A DNA stretch of 63,980 nt, filler included, from a bacterium (GTDB taxonomy: Bacteria; JBBIVP01), in the NCBI GenBank assembly GCA_037439705.1. It is 7 parts of 7 records of this genome, joined end to end, with 100 filler letters (N's around TTAATTAATTAA, not from the genome) between each part and the next. Parts side by side here need not be neighbours in the genome. Positions count along the whole stretch, not along the records: positions 9,553 to 18,984 come from JBBIVP010000076.1; positions 19,085 to 28,390 come from JBBIVP010000078.1; 5 more parts are not named here. One strand, given 5' to 3'. This document shows, one piece after another, positions 10,422 to 19,705 of this stretch. Position 1 is the first letter of the stretch. Every line of letters starts with the position of its first letter. Below the pieces are notes generated by a model. The model saw nothing but the letters and a program-made list of their open reading frames with translations, had not been told where the DNA came from and did not search any database. The translations under genes were made by a program, and so were the position numbers.

Positions 10422-12209
10422 ATGAAGTATAGAAATCTTGCTGAGATGTTCTGGGATAGAGTGAATACATCCAAAGGAACTGTTGGGCATCTTGTCAAAA
10501 TAGAGGGGAAGTGGAGGGAAAGGAAATGGGAGGAAATTGGTGAAATCACGAGAAATATATCAAAGGGTCTCCTTTCACTTGGAATTAAAAAGGGAGATAA
10601 AGTCTGTATAATGTCGCAGACAAGGGCTGAATGGGTTTATTCCGATTTCGGAATACTCTCCATAGGAGGGGTAAGTGTTCCCATATACCCATCAAACACC
10701 CCAGAACAGGCTATGTACATAATAAACGATTCTGAGGCAAAAGCAGTGATAGTGGAGGACCTCACACAGCTTGAAAAGATGTATAAAATAAGGAATGACA
10801 TTCCAAATGTGAAAAAGATAATTGTGATAGAGGGCTTTAAGGGAGAGGATGAGTTTGTAATGTCTCTTGAAGCTTTGATTTCCCTTGGAAAGAATTATGA
10901 CGATAAAGGATATATTGAGAGAACCATTCAGGATATAAAACCGGATGAGATTGCTACAATAGTCTATACATCAGGAACTACAGGACCTCCGAAAGGCGTT
11001 GTTCAAACCCATAAGAATCATCTTGCAATGGTTGAGGGAATTGTATCTCTTGCCATAATAGGAAAAGAGAAGGAAATTGACCTCGCATTCCTTCCCCTTT
11101 CCCACTCCTTTGGAAGGGGGGGTGAGTTCACAGAAATCTATCTTGGGAATGTTGTTGCCTTCGCTGAAAGCATCCAGAAACTTCCGGAAAATCTTGTAGA
11201 GGTGAAGCCAACAGTTATTTACAGCGTGCCAAGAATATATGAAAAGGTATATGCTACAATCCTTTCAAAGGCGAAGGAAAGTCCGCTCAAGGAGAAATTG
11301 TTTAACTGGGCATTGAAGGTAGGAAGGAATAGGAGTGAATGTATACAGAAGAAAAAGCCAGTTCCTTTAGGATTAAATCTCAAATTCGCATTGGCTAAGA
11401 AACTTGTTTTCAACAAGGTTATGGAAAGACTTGGTGGAAGACTTAAATATGCTATATCAGGTGGTGCACCATTAGCAAAAGAGATAGCGGAGTTCTTCCA
11501 TTCCTGCGGACTTTTAATTCTTGAGGGTTACGGACTTACTGAAACCTGCCCTGCTCTTACAATAAACAGACCCGATAATTTCAAGTTTGGAAGCGTAGGA
11601 CTTCCGATCCCAGGATGTCAGATAAAGATAGCAGAAGATGGAGAGATTCTTGGCAAGGGAGATAATGTGGCATATCTCGGATATTTCAAAAAACCCGATC
11701 AGACAAAAGAGGTTTTCACAGAAGATGGATGGTTCAAAACAGGAGATATAGGATATATAGACGAAGATGGATTCCTTTTCATCACTGACAGGAAAAAAGA
11801 CCTGATTGTTACCGCTGGTGGAAAAAATGTTGCCCCACAAAACATAGAGAATATGGTAAAGGCAGACCCATTTATAAGCCAGATTGTTGTTCTTGGTGAT
11901 AAAAAGCCATATCTCGTCGCACTTGTAACAGTGAACAAGGAAGAGGCTGAGAAATTAGCCAAAGAAAGGGGAATCACATATTCCTCCTACGAGGAACTTG
12001 TATCTCACAAAGAAGTATACAACAGGTTGAAAAAATGGATCGATGAGGTGAACTCAAAACTTGCTTCTTTTGAAACAATAAAAAAGTTTGCTATCCTTCC
12101 TCATGATTTCACCATTGAATCAGGAGAACTTACACCCACATTGAAGGTAAAAAGAAAGGTGGTTTATCAGAAATATGCGGATATCATAGAAAAGCTTTAT
12201 GCTTCATAA
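10422..12209 (+). CDS. fadD: Long-chain fatty acid--CoA ligase
   Basis: YTSGTTGPPKG, EGYGLTET, TGDIG, DRKKD, TPTLKVKR. RBS ggagg. Confidence 0.92.
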   Translation: MKYRNLAEMFWDRVNTSKGTVGHLVKIEGKWRERKWEEIGEITRNISKGLLSLGIKKGDKVCIMSQTRAEWVYSDFGILSIGGVSVPIYPSNTPEQAMYIINDSEAKAVIVEDLTQLEKMYKIRNDIPNVKKIIVIEGFKGEDEFVMSLEALISLGKNYDDKGYIERTIQDIKPDEIATIVYTSGTTGPPKGVVQTHKNHLAMVEGIVSLAIIGKEKEIDLAFLPLSHSFGRGGEFTEIYLGNVVAFAESIQKLPENLVEVKPTVIYSVPRIYEKVYATILSKAKESPLKEKLFNWALKVGRNRSECIQKKKPVPLGLNLKFALAKKLVFNKVMERLGGRLKYAISGGAPLAKEIAEFFHSCGLLILEGYGLTETCPALTINRPDNFKFGSVGLPIPGCQIKIAEDGEILGKGDNVAYLGYFKKPDQTKEVFTEDGWFKTGDIGYIDEDGFLFITDRKKDLIVTAGGKNVAPQNIENMVKADPFISQIVVLGDKKPYLVALVTVNKEEAEKLAKERGITYSSYEELVSHKEVYNRLKKWIDEVNSKLASFETIKKFAILPHDFTIESGELTPTLKVKRKVVYQKYADIIEKLYAS

Positions 12210-12211
12210 AG

Positions 12212-13195
12212 ATGAAAAAAGGAAGGGTATTGAGCGGAATGAGACCTTCTGGGAAGCTCCACATCGGGCATTTTCATGGAGCCCTGATTAACTGGAGGAG
12301 ACTTCAGGAAGAATATGATTGCTTTTACTTTTCTGCTGATTGGCACGCCCTTACAACTGAATACGAAAACACCTCTGAAATATCAAACAATACAATTGAG
12401 ATGGTTAGAGACTGGATTGCTGTTGGGCTTGATCCGGAAAAGTGTACCATTTTCCTCCAATCACTGGTTATGGAACATGCAGAACTTCATCTTCTTTTAT
12501 CAATGATTGTTCCCCTTCCATGGCTTGAGAGGAATCCTTCATATAAAGAACTGCTGCGCGAGCAGAAAACGAGAGACCTCCATACATACGGATTTCTGGG
12601 ATATCCTGTCCTTCAAGCCGCAGACATACTCATATATAAAGCTGATTATGTCCCTGTTGGCGAAGATCAGGTGGCACATGTGGAGATTTCAAGGGAGATA
12701 GCAAGGAGGTTCAATAATTTCTACAAACCAATTTTTCCTGAGCCTCAGGCGCTTCTCACACCGTATCCAAAAATACCAGGGATTGATGGAAGAAAGATGT
12801 CAAAAAGCTTTAACAATGCCATTTATCTCTCCGATTCTCCAGAGGAGATAAGAGAAAAAATTTCTGAAATGTTTACAGACCCGAGGAGAAAGACAAAAAA
12901 AGACCCCGGAGAACCCGAAGAGTGTGCCCTTTTTCAACTGGATAAAATTTACACCGCAGAAGAAAGGAGAAATGAAATAGCATCTGCATGTAGAAAAGCA
13001 GAAATAGGATGTGTGGAACACAAAAAGGAAATTGCAGAGAGTATCGTTTCTTCGCTTGAGCCTATAAGGAAAAAAAGGGAAACTGTTTCAAAAAGCGATG
13101 TGATCGAAATTTTAAGAATGGGTTCAAAAAGGGCTAAAGAAGTGGCTGAAGGGACAATGGAAGAGGTAAGAACCGCCATGGGTTTGAAGATATGA
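12212..13195 (+). CDS. trpS: Tryptophan--tRNA ligase
   Basis: SGMRPSGKLHIGH, YPVLQAADIL, VPVGEDQ, KMSKS. Confidence 0.97.
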   Translation: MKKGRVLSGMRPSGKLHIGHFHGALINWRRLQEEYDCFYFSADWHALTTEYENTSEISNNTIEMVRDWIAVGLDPEKCTIFLQSLVMEHAELHLLLSMIVPLPWLERNPSYKELLREQKTRDLHTYGFLGYPVLQAADILIYKADYVPVGEDQVAHVEISREIARRFNNFYKPIFPEPQALLTPYPKIPGIDGRKMSKSFNNAIYLSDSPEEIREKISEMFTDPRRKTKKDPGEPEECALFQLDKIYTAEERRNEIASACRKAEIGCVEHKKEIAESIVSSLEPIRKKRETVSKSDVIEILRMGSKRAKEVAEGTMEEVRTAMGLKI

Positions 13196-13947
13196 GAGTT
13201 AATCTTCCTCTTTTTGAAGGACCCCTTGATCTTCTCCTCTACCTTATAAAGAAGAACGAATTTGACATTTTTGATATACCAATCTCACAGATCACACAGG
13301 AGTACTTAGAGTATCTTTCTAACATGGAAAAACTAAATATGGAGATTGCTACGGAATTTATTGTAATGGCTGCCAAACTTCTTCAGATAAAGGTAATGAT
13401 GCTTCTTAGAGGAGATGAGGAGGCTGAAGAGGACCCCCGTGAGGAGCTGGTTTCTGCGCTCATCTCCTATCAGGCATTTAAAGAAGCGGTAGATTTTCTC
13501 CTTTCCAGAGAAATTCTCAACAAGGATGTGTTCTTAAAATCTCACGCTAAAAAGCAGATTGAAGACGAAGAGGTCTGGACTGAACTTTCCCCTTCCGATT
13601 TAATGCTTCTTATGAAGGACATCCTCAAAAGGATGAAGAAGCCCTCTTTTCAGGAGATTGAGATTGAGAAGGTTTCGGTGGTGGAAAAGGTAAAATTTAT
13701 AATAGAAAAAACATCAGAAAATAAAACCTTCCTTTTTGATGAACTCGTTTCTGAAATTTCCAATCTCATGCACCTTGTAGCTTTTATCCTCGCAATACTT
13801 GAATTGATGAGACTTGGAATAGTAAAAGTGGTTCAGATGAAACCATTTGGAAAAATAATGGTTTACAGGACAGAAAAGAAATTTGAAGAAAACCTTCTCA
13901 AGGGAATAGAGGAATATGGAGAGAGAAGAGCTCAGGAAGATAATTGA
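13192..13947 (+). CDS. scpA: Segregation and condensation protein A
   Basis: FEGPLDLLLYLI, DPREELV, FILAILEL; trpS-scpA-scpB gene order. Confidence 0.93.
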   Translation: MRVNLPLFEGPLDLLLYLIKKNEFDIFDIPISQITQEYLEYLSNMEKLNMEIATEFIVMAAKLLQIKVMMLLRGDEEAEEDPREELVSALISYQAFKEAVDFLLSREILNKDVFLKSHAKKQIEDEEVWTELSPSDLMLLMKDILKRMKKPSFQEIEIEKVSVVEKVKFIIEKTSENKTFLFDELVSEISNLMHLVAFILAILELMRLGIVKVVQMKPFGKIMVYRTEKKFEENLLKGIEEYGERRAQEDN

Positions 13948-14452
13948 GGGGATTATATTTGTTTCAGATGAACCCGTTAATGAGAAGACAATCCAGAAGG
14001 CCATCGGAGATTCTGTTGACCTTTCAACAATAAAAGGAATTTTGCAGGAACTCCAGTTAGAATATTCCTCATCCACTCATGGATTTGAACTTGTTGAGGT
14101 GGCTGGCGGATACCAGTTCAGAACAAAAAAAGAGCTTAGAGAGTGGATAAGAAAACTTGAGAAGTTTCAACCCCAGAGGTTTTCAAGGTCTGCAATGGAG
14201 GTTCTATCAATTATTGCCTACAGACAACCCGTAACCAGGGCTGAGATAGAAGCAATGAGGGGAGGAATTGATTCATCGGGTGCTTTAAGGACACTTCTTT
14301 TGAAAAAATTAATAAAAATCTCAGGAAGAAAAAATGATGTCCCGGGAAGACCTTTTACCTATTCAACCACGAAGAAATTTCTTGAAGTTTTTGGTCTCAA
14401 GGATTTGAGCGACCTCCCTCCGATTGAGGAATTCATAAAAAAGGAAGTATAA
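13916..14452 (+). CDS. scpB: Segregation and condensation protein B
   Basis: VAGGYQFRT, LSIIAYRQPVTRAEIE, GRPFTY.TT.FL.FGL. Confidence 0.95.
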   Translation: MEREELRKIIEGIIFVSDEPVNEKTIQKAIGDSVDLSTIKGILQELQLEYSSSTHGFELVEVAGGYQFRTKKELREWIRKLEKFQPQRFSRSAMEVLSIIAYRQPVTRAEIEAMRGGIDSSGALRTLLLKKLIKISGRKNDVPGRPFTYSTTKKFLEVFGLKDLSDLPPIEEFIKKEV

Positions 14453-15077
14453 CCCATCCCTCCCTGAGCACTCCATTATCTTCAAAGAAGTTCATTCCAA
14501 GAGAAATAAAACTTTTCCTTTTTGCTAAACAGGCTGTAAGAGCGCAGGCTCCCGCATCTATTATGTCATGTGTTACAAGTTTTTTGAGTTCTATTCCAAA
14601 CTCCTTCAGGATTTTTAATCTCTCAATTTTTCCTTTTTTTGTACTTTTTTTCTCTAAAGGCGTTCTTAAAATTATGCTCCATATTCCATGAGGATATGTC
14701 TCCATAATCTCAAAATTTTTTAAGTTTGAACTATTAAAAATTAAGAATCCATTTTTGTAAAGGGAATAAAAAAATTGGAGAGACCCCCTTACAAATTCTG
14801 AGTAGGGATTTGAAGGAGGCGGAATTTCGTATCCACATTTTACAGGCGTGTTAAGGATTGAGTCCGCAAACCTGATTTTTCCTTTTTCCCCTGATAAACC
14901 CTGTGGTCCATCTATTGCAACCGCTATTTTCCTTTTTCTTTTCAAGTCTTTTAAAAAATCAACCAGGTCTGAAAAAGGGATGTAATCAGCAAAAACGACA
15001 CTTCTTCCGTCAAAAGCACACACTCCTGATTTTCCTTCAGGAGATGAAAGGTCAATCCCGAGAAAAATTTCTTTCAT
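14433..15077 (-). CDS. DUF429-family RNase H-like putative nuclease
   Basis: LGIDLS, AIDGPQG, ETYPH, HDIIDA motifs. Confidence 0.75.
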   Translation of the reverse strand: MKEIFLGIDLSSPEGKSGVCAFDGRSVVFADYIPFSDLVDFLKDLKRKRKIAVAIDGPQGLSGEKGKIRFADSILNTPVKCGYEIPPPSNPYSEFVRGSLQFFYSLYKNGFLIFNSSNLKNFEIMETYPHGIWSIILRTPLEKKSTKKGKIERLKILKEFGIELKKLVTHDIIDAGACALTACLAKRKSFISLGMNFFEDNGVLREGWVILPFL

Positions 15078-15585
15078 AAACGCTTCTTTCTATAAAATCT
15101 ACTGCCTCCTCAGGATATGAAAAAAATAAAATTTCTGAAGAATTCTCTTTTATTATCTCAAGGCTCCTCCTCACCTTTTCTTCCATCTCCTTTCCAATCA
15201 CTATACAGGGTTTTGGTGTGCCAATTCTCCTTGTTTTGAGGGTTAATACTAAGAAAAGTTCTGTAAATGTTCCTATACTTCCGTCAAAAAATACCCATAT
15301 ATCGGATTCTTCAATCAGTCTTGCCAATCTCTGCGGATAGGTTTTTACCCATATAATATCTGAGAGATATGGATTCGGAGTTCTTTTCAGTTCCTCTGTG
15401 CATACCCCCAGTATTTTTCCTCCTTTTTCGTATGCTCCTTTCGCAACAGCCTCCATAATTCCGCTGTATCCGCCGCAGACTATTTTATGATTTCTCTCCG
15501 CCAGTAATCTTCCAAATCTATACGCAGAACGCCATGCCTCGCTATCGGGATGCACGCATGAGCTTCCAAACACTCCGATTTTCAT
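15052..15585 (-). CDS. LOG-family nucleotide monophosphate nucleosidase-like protein
   Basis: IGVFGSS, GGYSGIMEAVAKGA, GSIGTFTEL. Confidence 0.85.
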   Translation of the reverse strand: MKIGVFGSSCVHPDSEAWRSAYRFGRLLAERNHKIVCGGYSGIMEAVAKGAYEKGGKILGVCTEELKRTPNPYLSDIIWVKTYPQRLARLIEESDIWVFFDGSIGTFTELFLVLTLKTRRIGTPKPCIVIGKEMEEKVRRSLEIIKENSSEILFFSYPEEAVDFIERSVYERNFSRD

Positions 15586-15667
15586 TTTTCATTTTTAATA
15601 ATTTTTCAAAACAAGTGCAAATTTTCATTGCAATTGATCTCTTAGAGATATATAATAAAATTCCACC

Positions 15668-16390
15668 ATGAAGGTAAAAGGAGTAGGAGCAACAGATAGA
15701 GGAAAAAAAAGGGCACTGAATGAGGATTATTACTTTTTTGACGAATCCCTCGGGCTTTTCATTGTTGCTGATGGTATGGGAGGGCATCTCGGAGGTCAGG
15801 AGGCGAGCAGAATGGCTGTGGAAGAGGTTGTAAATTTTTTTTCAAGTGCACAAGAGATTCCTCATCCTCCGGTAAAATTTATAAAGGAAGCCTTTTATTC
15901 TGCTAACAGAAAAGTATGGGAGAGGGGAAATTCAGACCCTTCTTTGAAAGGTATGGGAACAACATTGACTATGGCTTTGATAAAAAATGGAAGTATATGG
16001 CTCGGGCATGTTGGAGATAGCAGGGCATATCTTTATTCGGAAAAAACCTTTACCCTCTTAACAAGTGACCATTCATGGGTTGAGGAGCAAATAAAAGCTG
16101 GTCTGCTTTCTGATGATGGAACAAGGAGATACATGAAAAATGTGATAACCAGGTCCATAGGCTACAAAAAGGATGTGGAGGTTGATGTATACAGGTATGA
16201 CATAAAGGTTGGTGATATATTTCTTTTGTGTACCGATGGATTAACAGGGGTAGGAAGCGATGAGGAGATTGCGAGCATAATTGAATCAGTAAAATTTGAA
16301 GAACTTCCAAAAAAGCTTATTGATTTTGCAAATTCAAGGGGAGGACACGATAATATAACGGTGGCGATCGGGAAGGTGCTTGAAATTTGA
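15668..16390 (+). CDS. PP2C-type Ser/Thr phosphatase (Stp1/PrpC family)
   Basis: NED, VADGMGGH, MGTT, HVGDSRAY, LLCTDGL, GGHDNIT. Confidence 0.93.
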   Translation: MKVKGVGATDRGKKRALNEDYYFFDESLGLFIVADGMGGHLGGQEASRMAVEEVVNFFSSAQEIPHPPVKFIKEAFYSANRKVWERGNSDPSLKGMGTTLTMALIKNGSIWLGHVGDSRAYLYSEKTFTLLTSDHSWVEEQIKAGLLSDDGTRRYMKNVITRSIGYKKDVEVDVYRYDIKVGDIFLLCTDGLTGVGSDEEIASIIESVKFEELPKKLIDFANSRGGHDNITVAIGKVLEI

Positions 16391-17394
16391 ACGGAGAAGG
16401 TTTCAAGAAAATTGAAAGGGATTACAGGATAGTAAGAGAAATCGGGAAGGGAGGAATGTCAGTTGTATATGAGGGTTATCAACCATCTTTAAAAAGAAAA
16501 GTGGCAATAAAGGTTCTTCAGAAGGACATGAGAAACCCGGAAATATATCAGAGGTTTTTCTCAGAGGCACTTGCCCTTGCAAAGCTTTCCCATGAAAGCA
16601 TTGTTGACATAATTGACCTCATAGATGAGGACGATGCCAGCTACATAATTATGGAGTTCATAAATGGTAAAACGCTCGGTGAAATCATAAAAAAGTTTGG
16701 TCCCCTTTCTTACGAACTTGCTGGTAGCATAGCTTTAAAGATAGCAAACGCTTTGGAGCACATCCATGAGGTGGGGATAGTCCACAGAGACTTAAAGCCA
16801 GGAAACATAATGGTTACCCCAAACGGAACGGCGAAAGTAATGGATTTTGGAATTGCTCACCATCCAGATGTTTTGAAGGGTCTCACGAGAACAGGGGTGA
16901 TGATGGGAACTCCTTCTTATATGTCTCCTGAACAGGTGAGGGGAGAAAAGGTAGATGCTCGTTCGGACATATTTTCCTTTGGTGCCATTCTTTATGAAAT
17001 GGTCTGCGGAAAGAAGGCTTTTGATGCGGAAACAGAAGGAAAACTTATTGAAAAAATTCTCAAAGCAAATTATGTTTCTCCCAGATTTTACAGAAAAAAA
17101 ATTCCCCGACCGCTGGTAAAAATTATTGGAAAATGTTTGAAAAGAAGACCGTCTCAGAGGTATGAAAATGTAAAGGAACTCATTCATGACATTGAGCAAT
17201 TTCTTTTGAAATACGGGATTTCAAATCCTACAAGAGTTATTGGAGAGTTTATGAGAAATCCCGAAGAATATATGAAATTTTATGAGGCATCAGCTTTTAG
17301 AATGAGACTCAAAACCGCTATTAACTGGATAATTCTCGCAATTATTGCTGGAGCAATGCTCGGTATCTTTCTTAAAATTTTTAATATCATATAG
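16387..17394 (+). CDS. Hanks-type Ser/Thr protein kinase with C-terminal membrane anchor
   Basis: GKGGMSVV, VAIK, HRDLKPGN, DFGIA, GTPSYMSPEQ, and a terminal hydrophobic helix. TTG start overlaps the PP2C stop. Confidence 0.93.
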   Translation: MNGEGFKKIERDYRIVREIGKGGMSVVYEGYQPSLKRKVAIKVLQKDMRNPEIYQRFFSEALALAKLSHESIVDIIDLIDEDDASYIIMEFINGKTLGEIIKKFGPLSYELAGSIALKIANALEHIHEVGIVHRDLKPGNIMVTPNGTAKVMDFGIAHHPDVLKGLTRTGVMMGTPSYMSPEQVRGEKVDARSDIFSFGAILYEMVCGKKAFDAETEGKLIEKILKANYVSPRFYRKKIPRPLVKIIGKCLKRRPSQRYENVKELIHDIEQFLLKYGISNPTRVIGEFMRNPEEYMKFYEASAFRMRLKTAINWIILAIIAGAMLGIFLKIFNII

Positions 17395-17500
17395 AAGCCC
17401 GTGTCAAAAATTGGACAATTTATGAAAAATGGTATAACTATTAGTAATCCAGCGGTGGTTTTTTTGTATTTATCTTTGGCATAAAAATTGTAAATTTTAT

Positions 17501-17599
17501 AGATGAGCCTGCCTCTCTCGTGCTTAAGGGTTTGTCCCGGCAGGTAGAGGCGGAGAGATGACCGGAGAGACAACCCTCACACGGAGAGGCGGGTTATTT
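17501..17599 (-). ncRNA. Candidate structured small RNA of unknown family (~100-nt long hairpin)
   Basis: GC-rich island in an AT-rich spacer. Stems: 17506-17522 with 17580-17595; agggt(t)tgtc with gacaaccct; ccgg with ccgg; 21-nt loop. A minus-strand promoter lies immediately upstream. Confidence 0.55.
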
Positions 17600-17604
17600 T
17601 ATTT

Positions 17605-17633
17605 ATTATATCAGATAAAATTATGAAATGCAA
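17605..17633 (-). promoter_or_regulatory. Sigma70-type promoter with extended -10, pointing into the hairpin
   Basis: Minus strand: TTGCAT (17633-17628), 17-bp spacer ending TGA, TATAAT (17610-17605). Predicted start about 17598. Confidence 0.7.
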
Positions 17634-17641
17634 GTTTTTGA

Positions 17642-18763
17642 ATGAAAATTGATAAAGAAACAAAAGGGACATTCCTTGAAAGAATTAATCGCTTTCTTGT
17701 AAAGGTTAAAGTAAATGGAAAGGCTCATTTTGCCTATCTTCCAAACCCGGGGCGTCTGCTGGAACTTCTGATAAAGGGAAGAGAACTAATTTTGAGCAAA
17801 ACAGGTGGCGGAAAATTTAAATATGTAGTTATCGGCTGTATAAAAGATGGATACCCTGTCCTCCTCCATACCCATCTGACAAATAAAATTGTTCGTAAAC
17901 TTATTGAAGATAAAAAAATTCCATTTTTAAAGGATTACAGAGTCATACAACATGAGGTTCCCTTTAACAGATCAAAATTTGACTTTCTGCTGGAGAAAGA
18001 AGAAAAGGAAAAACTTTTCCTTGAAGTAAAAACCTGCACCCTTTTTGGAAAAGATGTGGCCATGTTTCCGGATGCAGTTAGCGAGAGAGGAAGAAGACAT
18101 TTATATGAACTATCTCAAGCGACAGAACATGGGGTCAAGGGTGGTTGTCTCTTTGTTGTTATGAATCCTGAGTTAAAATATTTTCTCCCCGCATATCACA
18201 TTGACTTTGAGTTTGCTAAAACATTCCTTCAGCTCAGAAACAAAATAAATCTGTGGGCAATTTCGGTAAGATTTACGAATGATTTTAAAGAGCCTGAGGT
18301 AGTAAGGGAACTGGAAATCCCTTACGAGATTATTGAAAGGGAAGCGCAGGACAGGGGAGCGTATTTTTTGAACGTTGAGGTTCCATCTAAAAAGCTCAAA
18401 ATCGGGGGGCTCGGAAAAATATCTTTCAAAAAGGGATCTTACATCTATGTGGGTTCAGCACGAAAAAACCTTGAGGCACGGATAAGAAGGCATTTGAGAA
18501 AGAGGAAGAGGTTGAGATGGCACATAGATTATCTTTTAGAAACAGCAAAAAAAGTCAGAGCAATTCCCATCAGGACATCAAAGGATTTGGAATGCGAGAT
18601 AGCTCAAAAGTTGTCATCTATTGCAGATGATAAAATTGATGGATTTGGAGCAGGAGATTGTTCCTGTTCAACGCACCTTTTTTATTTTTCTGAAGACCCC
18701 TTAAAAAACGAGAATTTCATAAATATTCTTACATTTTTTATGCTTGATAAAATAGTTTCTTAA
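17642..18763 (+). CDS. sfsA: SfsA-family nuclease fused to C-terminal DUF123/GIY-YIG-like domain
   Basis: N-terminal part: RINRF, LPNPGRL, SKFDFLL, LEVKTCTL, FPDAVSERG..HL. C-terminal part: GAY, YIYVGSA, RIRRH, WHIDYL, GFGAGDCSCSTHL. Confidence 0.88.
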   Translation: MKIDKETKGTFLERINRFLVKVKVNGKAHFAYLPNPGRLLELLIKGRELILSKTGGGKFKYVVIGCIKDGYPVLLHTHLTNKIVRKLIEDKKIPFLKDYRVIQHEVPFNRSKFDFLLEKEEKEKLFLEVKTCTLFGKDVAMFPDAVSERGRRHLYELSQATEHGVKGGCLFVVMNPELKYFLPAYHIDFEFAKTFLQLRNKINLWAISVRFTNDFKEPEVVRELEIPYEIIEREAQDRGAYFLNVEVPSKKLKIGGLGKISFKKGSYIYVGSARKNLEARIRRHLRKRKRLRWHIDYLLETAKKVRAIPIRTSKDLECEIAQKLSSIADDKIDGFGAGDCSCSTHLFYFSEDPLKNENFINILTFFMLDKIVS

Positions 18764-18903
18764 ACTTTTGTGGCAGACAGGTTGTTTTATGGAATATTTT
18801 TAGCAAATAGTTTATCGTCCATGCTGGCACTTTATGGCACTTTTCAATAATTTTGTTTCAGTTTTATGAATAAGATGAGTAAAGTGGGAAAGTTCTGCCT
18901 GCG

Positions 18904-18951
18904 TCTACAAAGAGTGTTCTGAAAAAGCGGGGCTCTCTTGTAGATTTTTTT
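18904..18951 (+). terminator. Putative intrinsic terminator downstream of sfsA
   Basis: tctacaa...ttgtaga stem enclosing a second G/U-rich stem, followed by T7. Confidence 0.5.
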
Positions 18952-18984
18952 GAAGGAATTTTTGATTTCTTTGACATAAGACAA

Positions 18985-19084
18985 NNNNNNNNNNNNNNNN
19001 NNNNNNNNNNNNNNNNNNNNNNNNNNNNTTAATTAATTAANNNNNNNNNNNNNNNNNNNNNNNNNNNNNNNNNNNNNNNNNNNN
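18985..19084. other. Artificial contig linker
   Basis: N run with TTAATTAATTAA. Confidence 0.98.
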
Positions 19085-19690
19085 AATTTCAAGAGAGAGT
19101 TCTTCAAGATTTATATCTTTGAGAATTTCTCTTATTGCCTCAGCTCCCATTCCAGCTTTAAATGCATCAGCACCATACTTTTTCACATTCTCCTCATACT
19201 CCTGTTCGGTAATGATTTGTCCCTTCTCAAGCCTTGTTTTTCCTGGATCTATAACTATATAGCTCTGAAAGTATATAACCTTTTCCACTTCATGAACGCT
19301 TTTACCCAGTATAGCGCATAGTTTGGAAGGTATCGTTCTGAAAAACCATATATGAGCAACAGGTGCTGCAAGTTCTATGTGCCCCATTCTTTCTCTCCTC
19401 ACCTTACTGGATATCACTTCTACTCCGCATTTCTCACATTGAATCCCCCTGTATTTCATCCTTTTGTATCTTCCACATAGACATTCATGGTCTTTTATGG
19501 GTCCAAATATTCTCGCACAGAATAATCCATCTCTTTCTGGCTTAAGGGTTCTATAATTTAGGGTCTCTGCTTTTTTAACCTCTCCATGTGACCATGAACG
19601 AATCTTCTCGGGAGAGGCTATAGAAATTCGGACAGCCTTAAAAGTTGGAGTTCTTTTAGAAAACTCCTGCTCCATTAGTAAATTTTTCAA
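19085..19690 (-). CDS. rpoC: RNA polymerase beta' subunit, N-terminal fragment
   Basis: [27 protein letters not shown], zinc-binding Cys, [20 protein letters not shown] before the TTG start. Cut by the gap. Confidence 0.97.
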
Positions 19691-19705
19691 GGCTATACCT
19701 CCTTC

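Noticed and set aside
17501-17599. Hairpin as SRP RNA, 6S RNA, tRNA-Sec, or lysine/glycine riboswitch
   Set aside because: No CAGG..GNRA..AGCAG helix 8, no large central bubble and no cloverleaf. AGAGGCG and GGAGAGAC resemble riboswitch starts, but the downstream conserved elements are missing.
18824-18845. TGGCAC direct repeat as a sigma54 promoter
   Set aside because: GG-to-GC spacing is 9 nt instead of the required 10.
17400-18980. TGTCAAA...TTTGACA as terminal inverted repeats around sfsA
   Set aside because: Only 7 bp in AT-rich DNA, with no transposase or target duplication; TTGACA is equally a -35 box.
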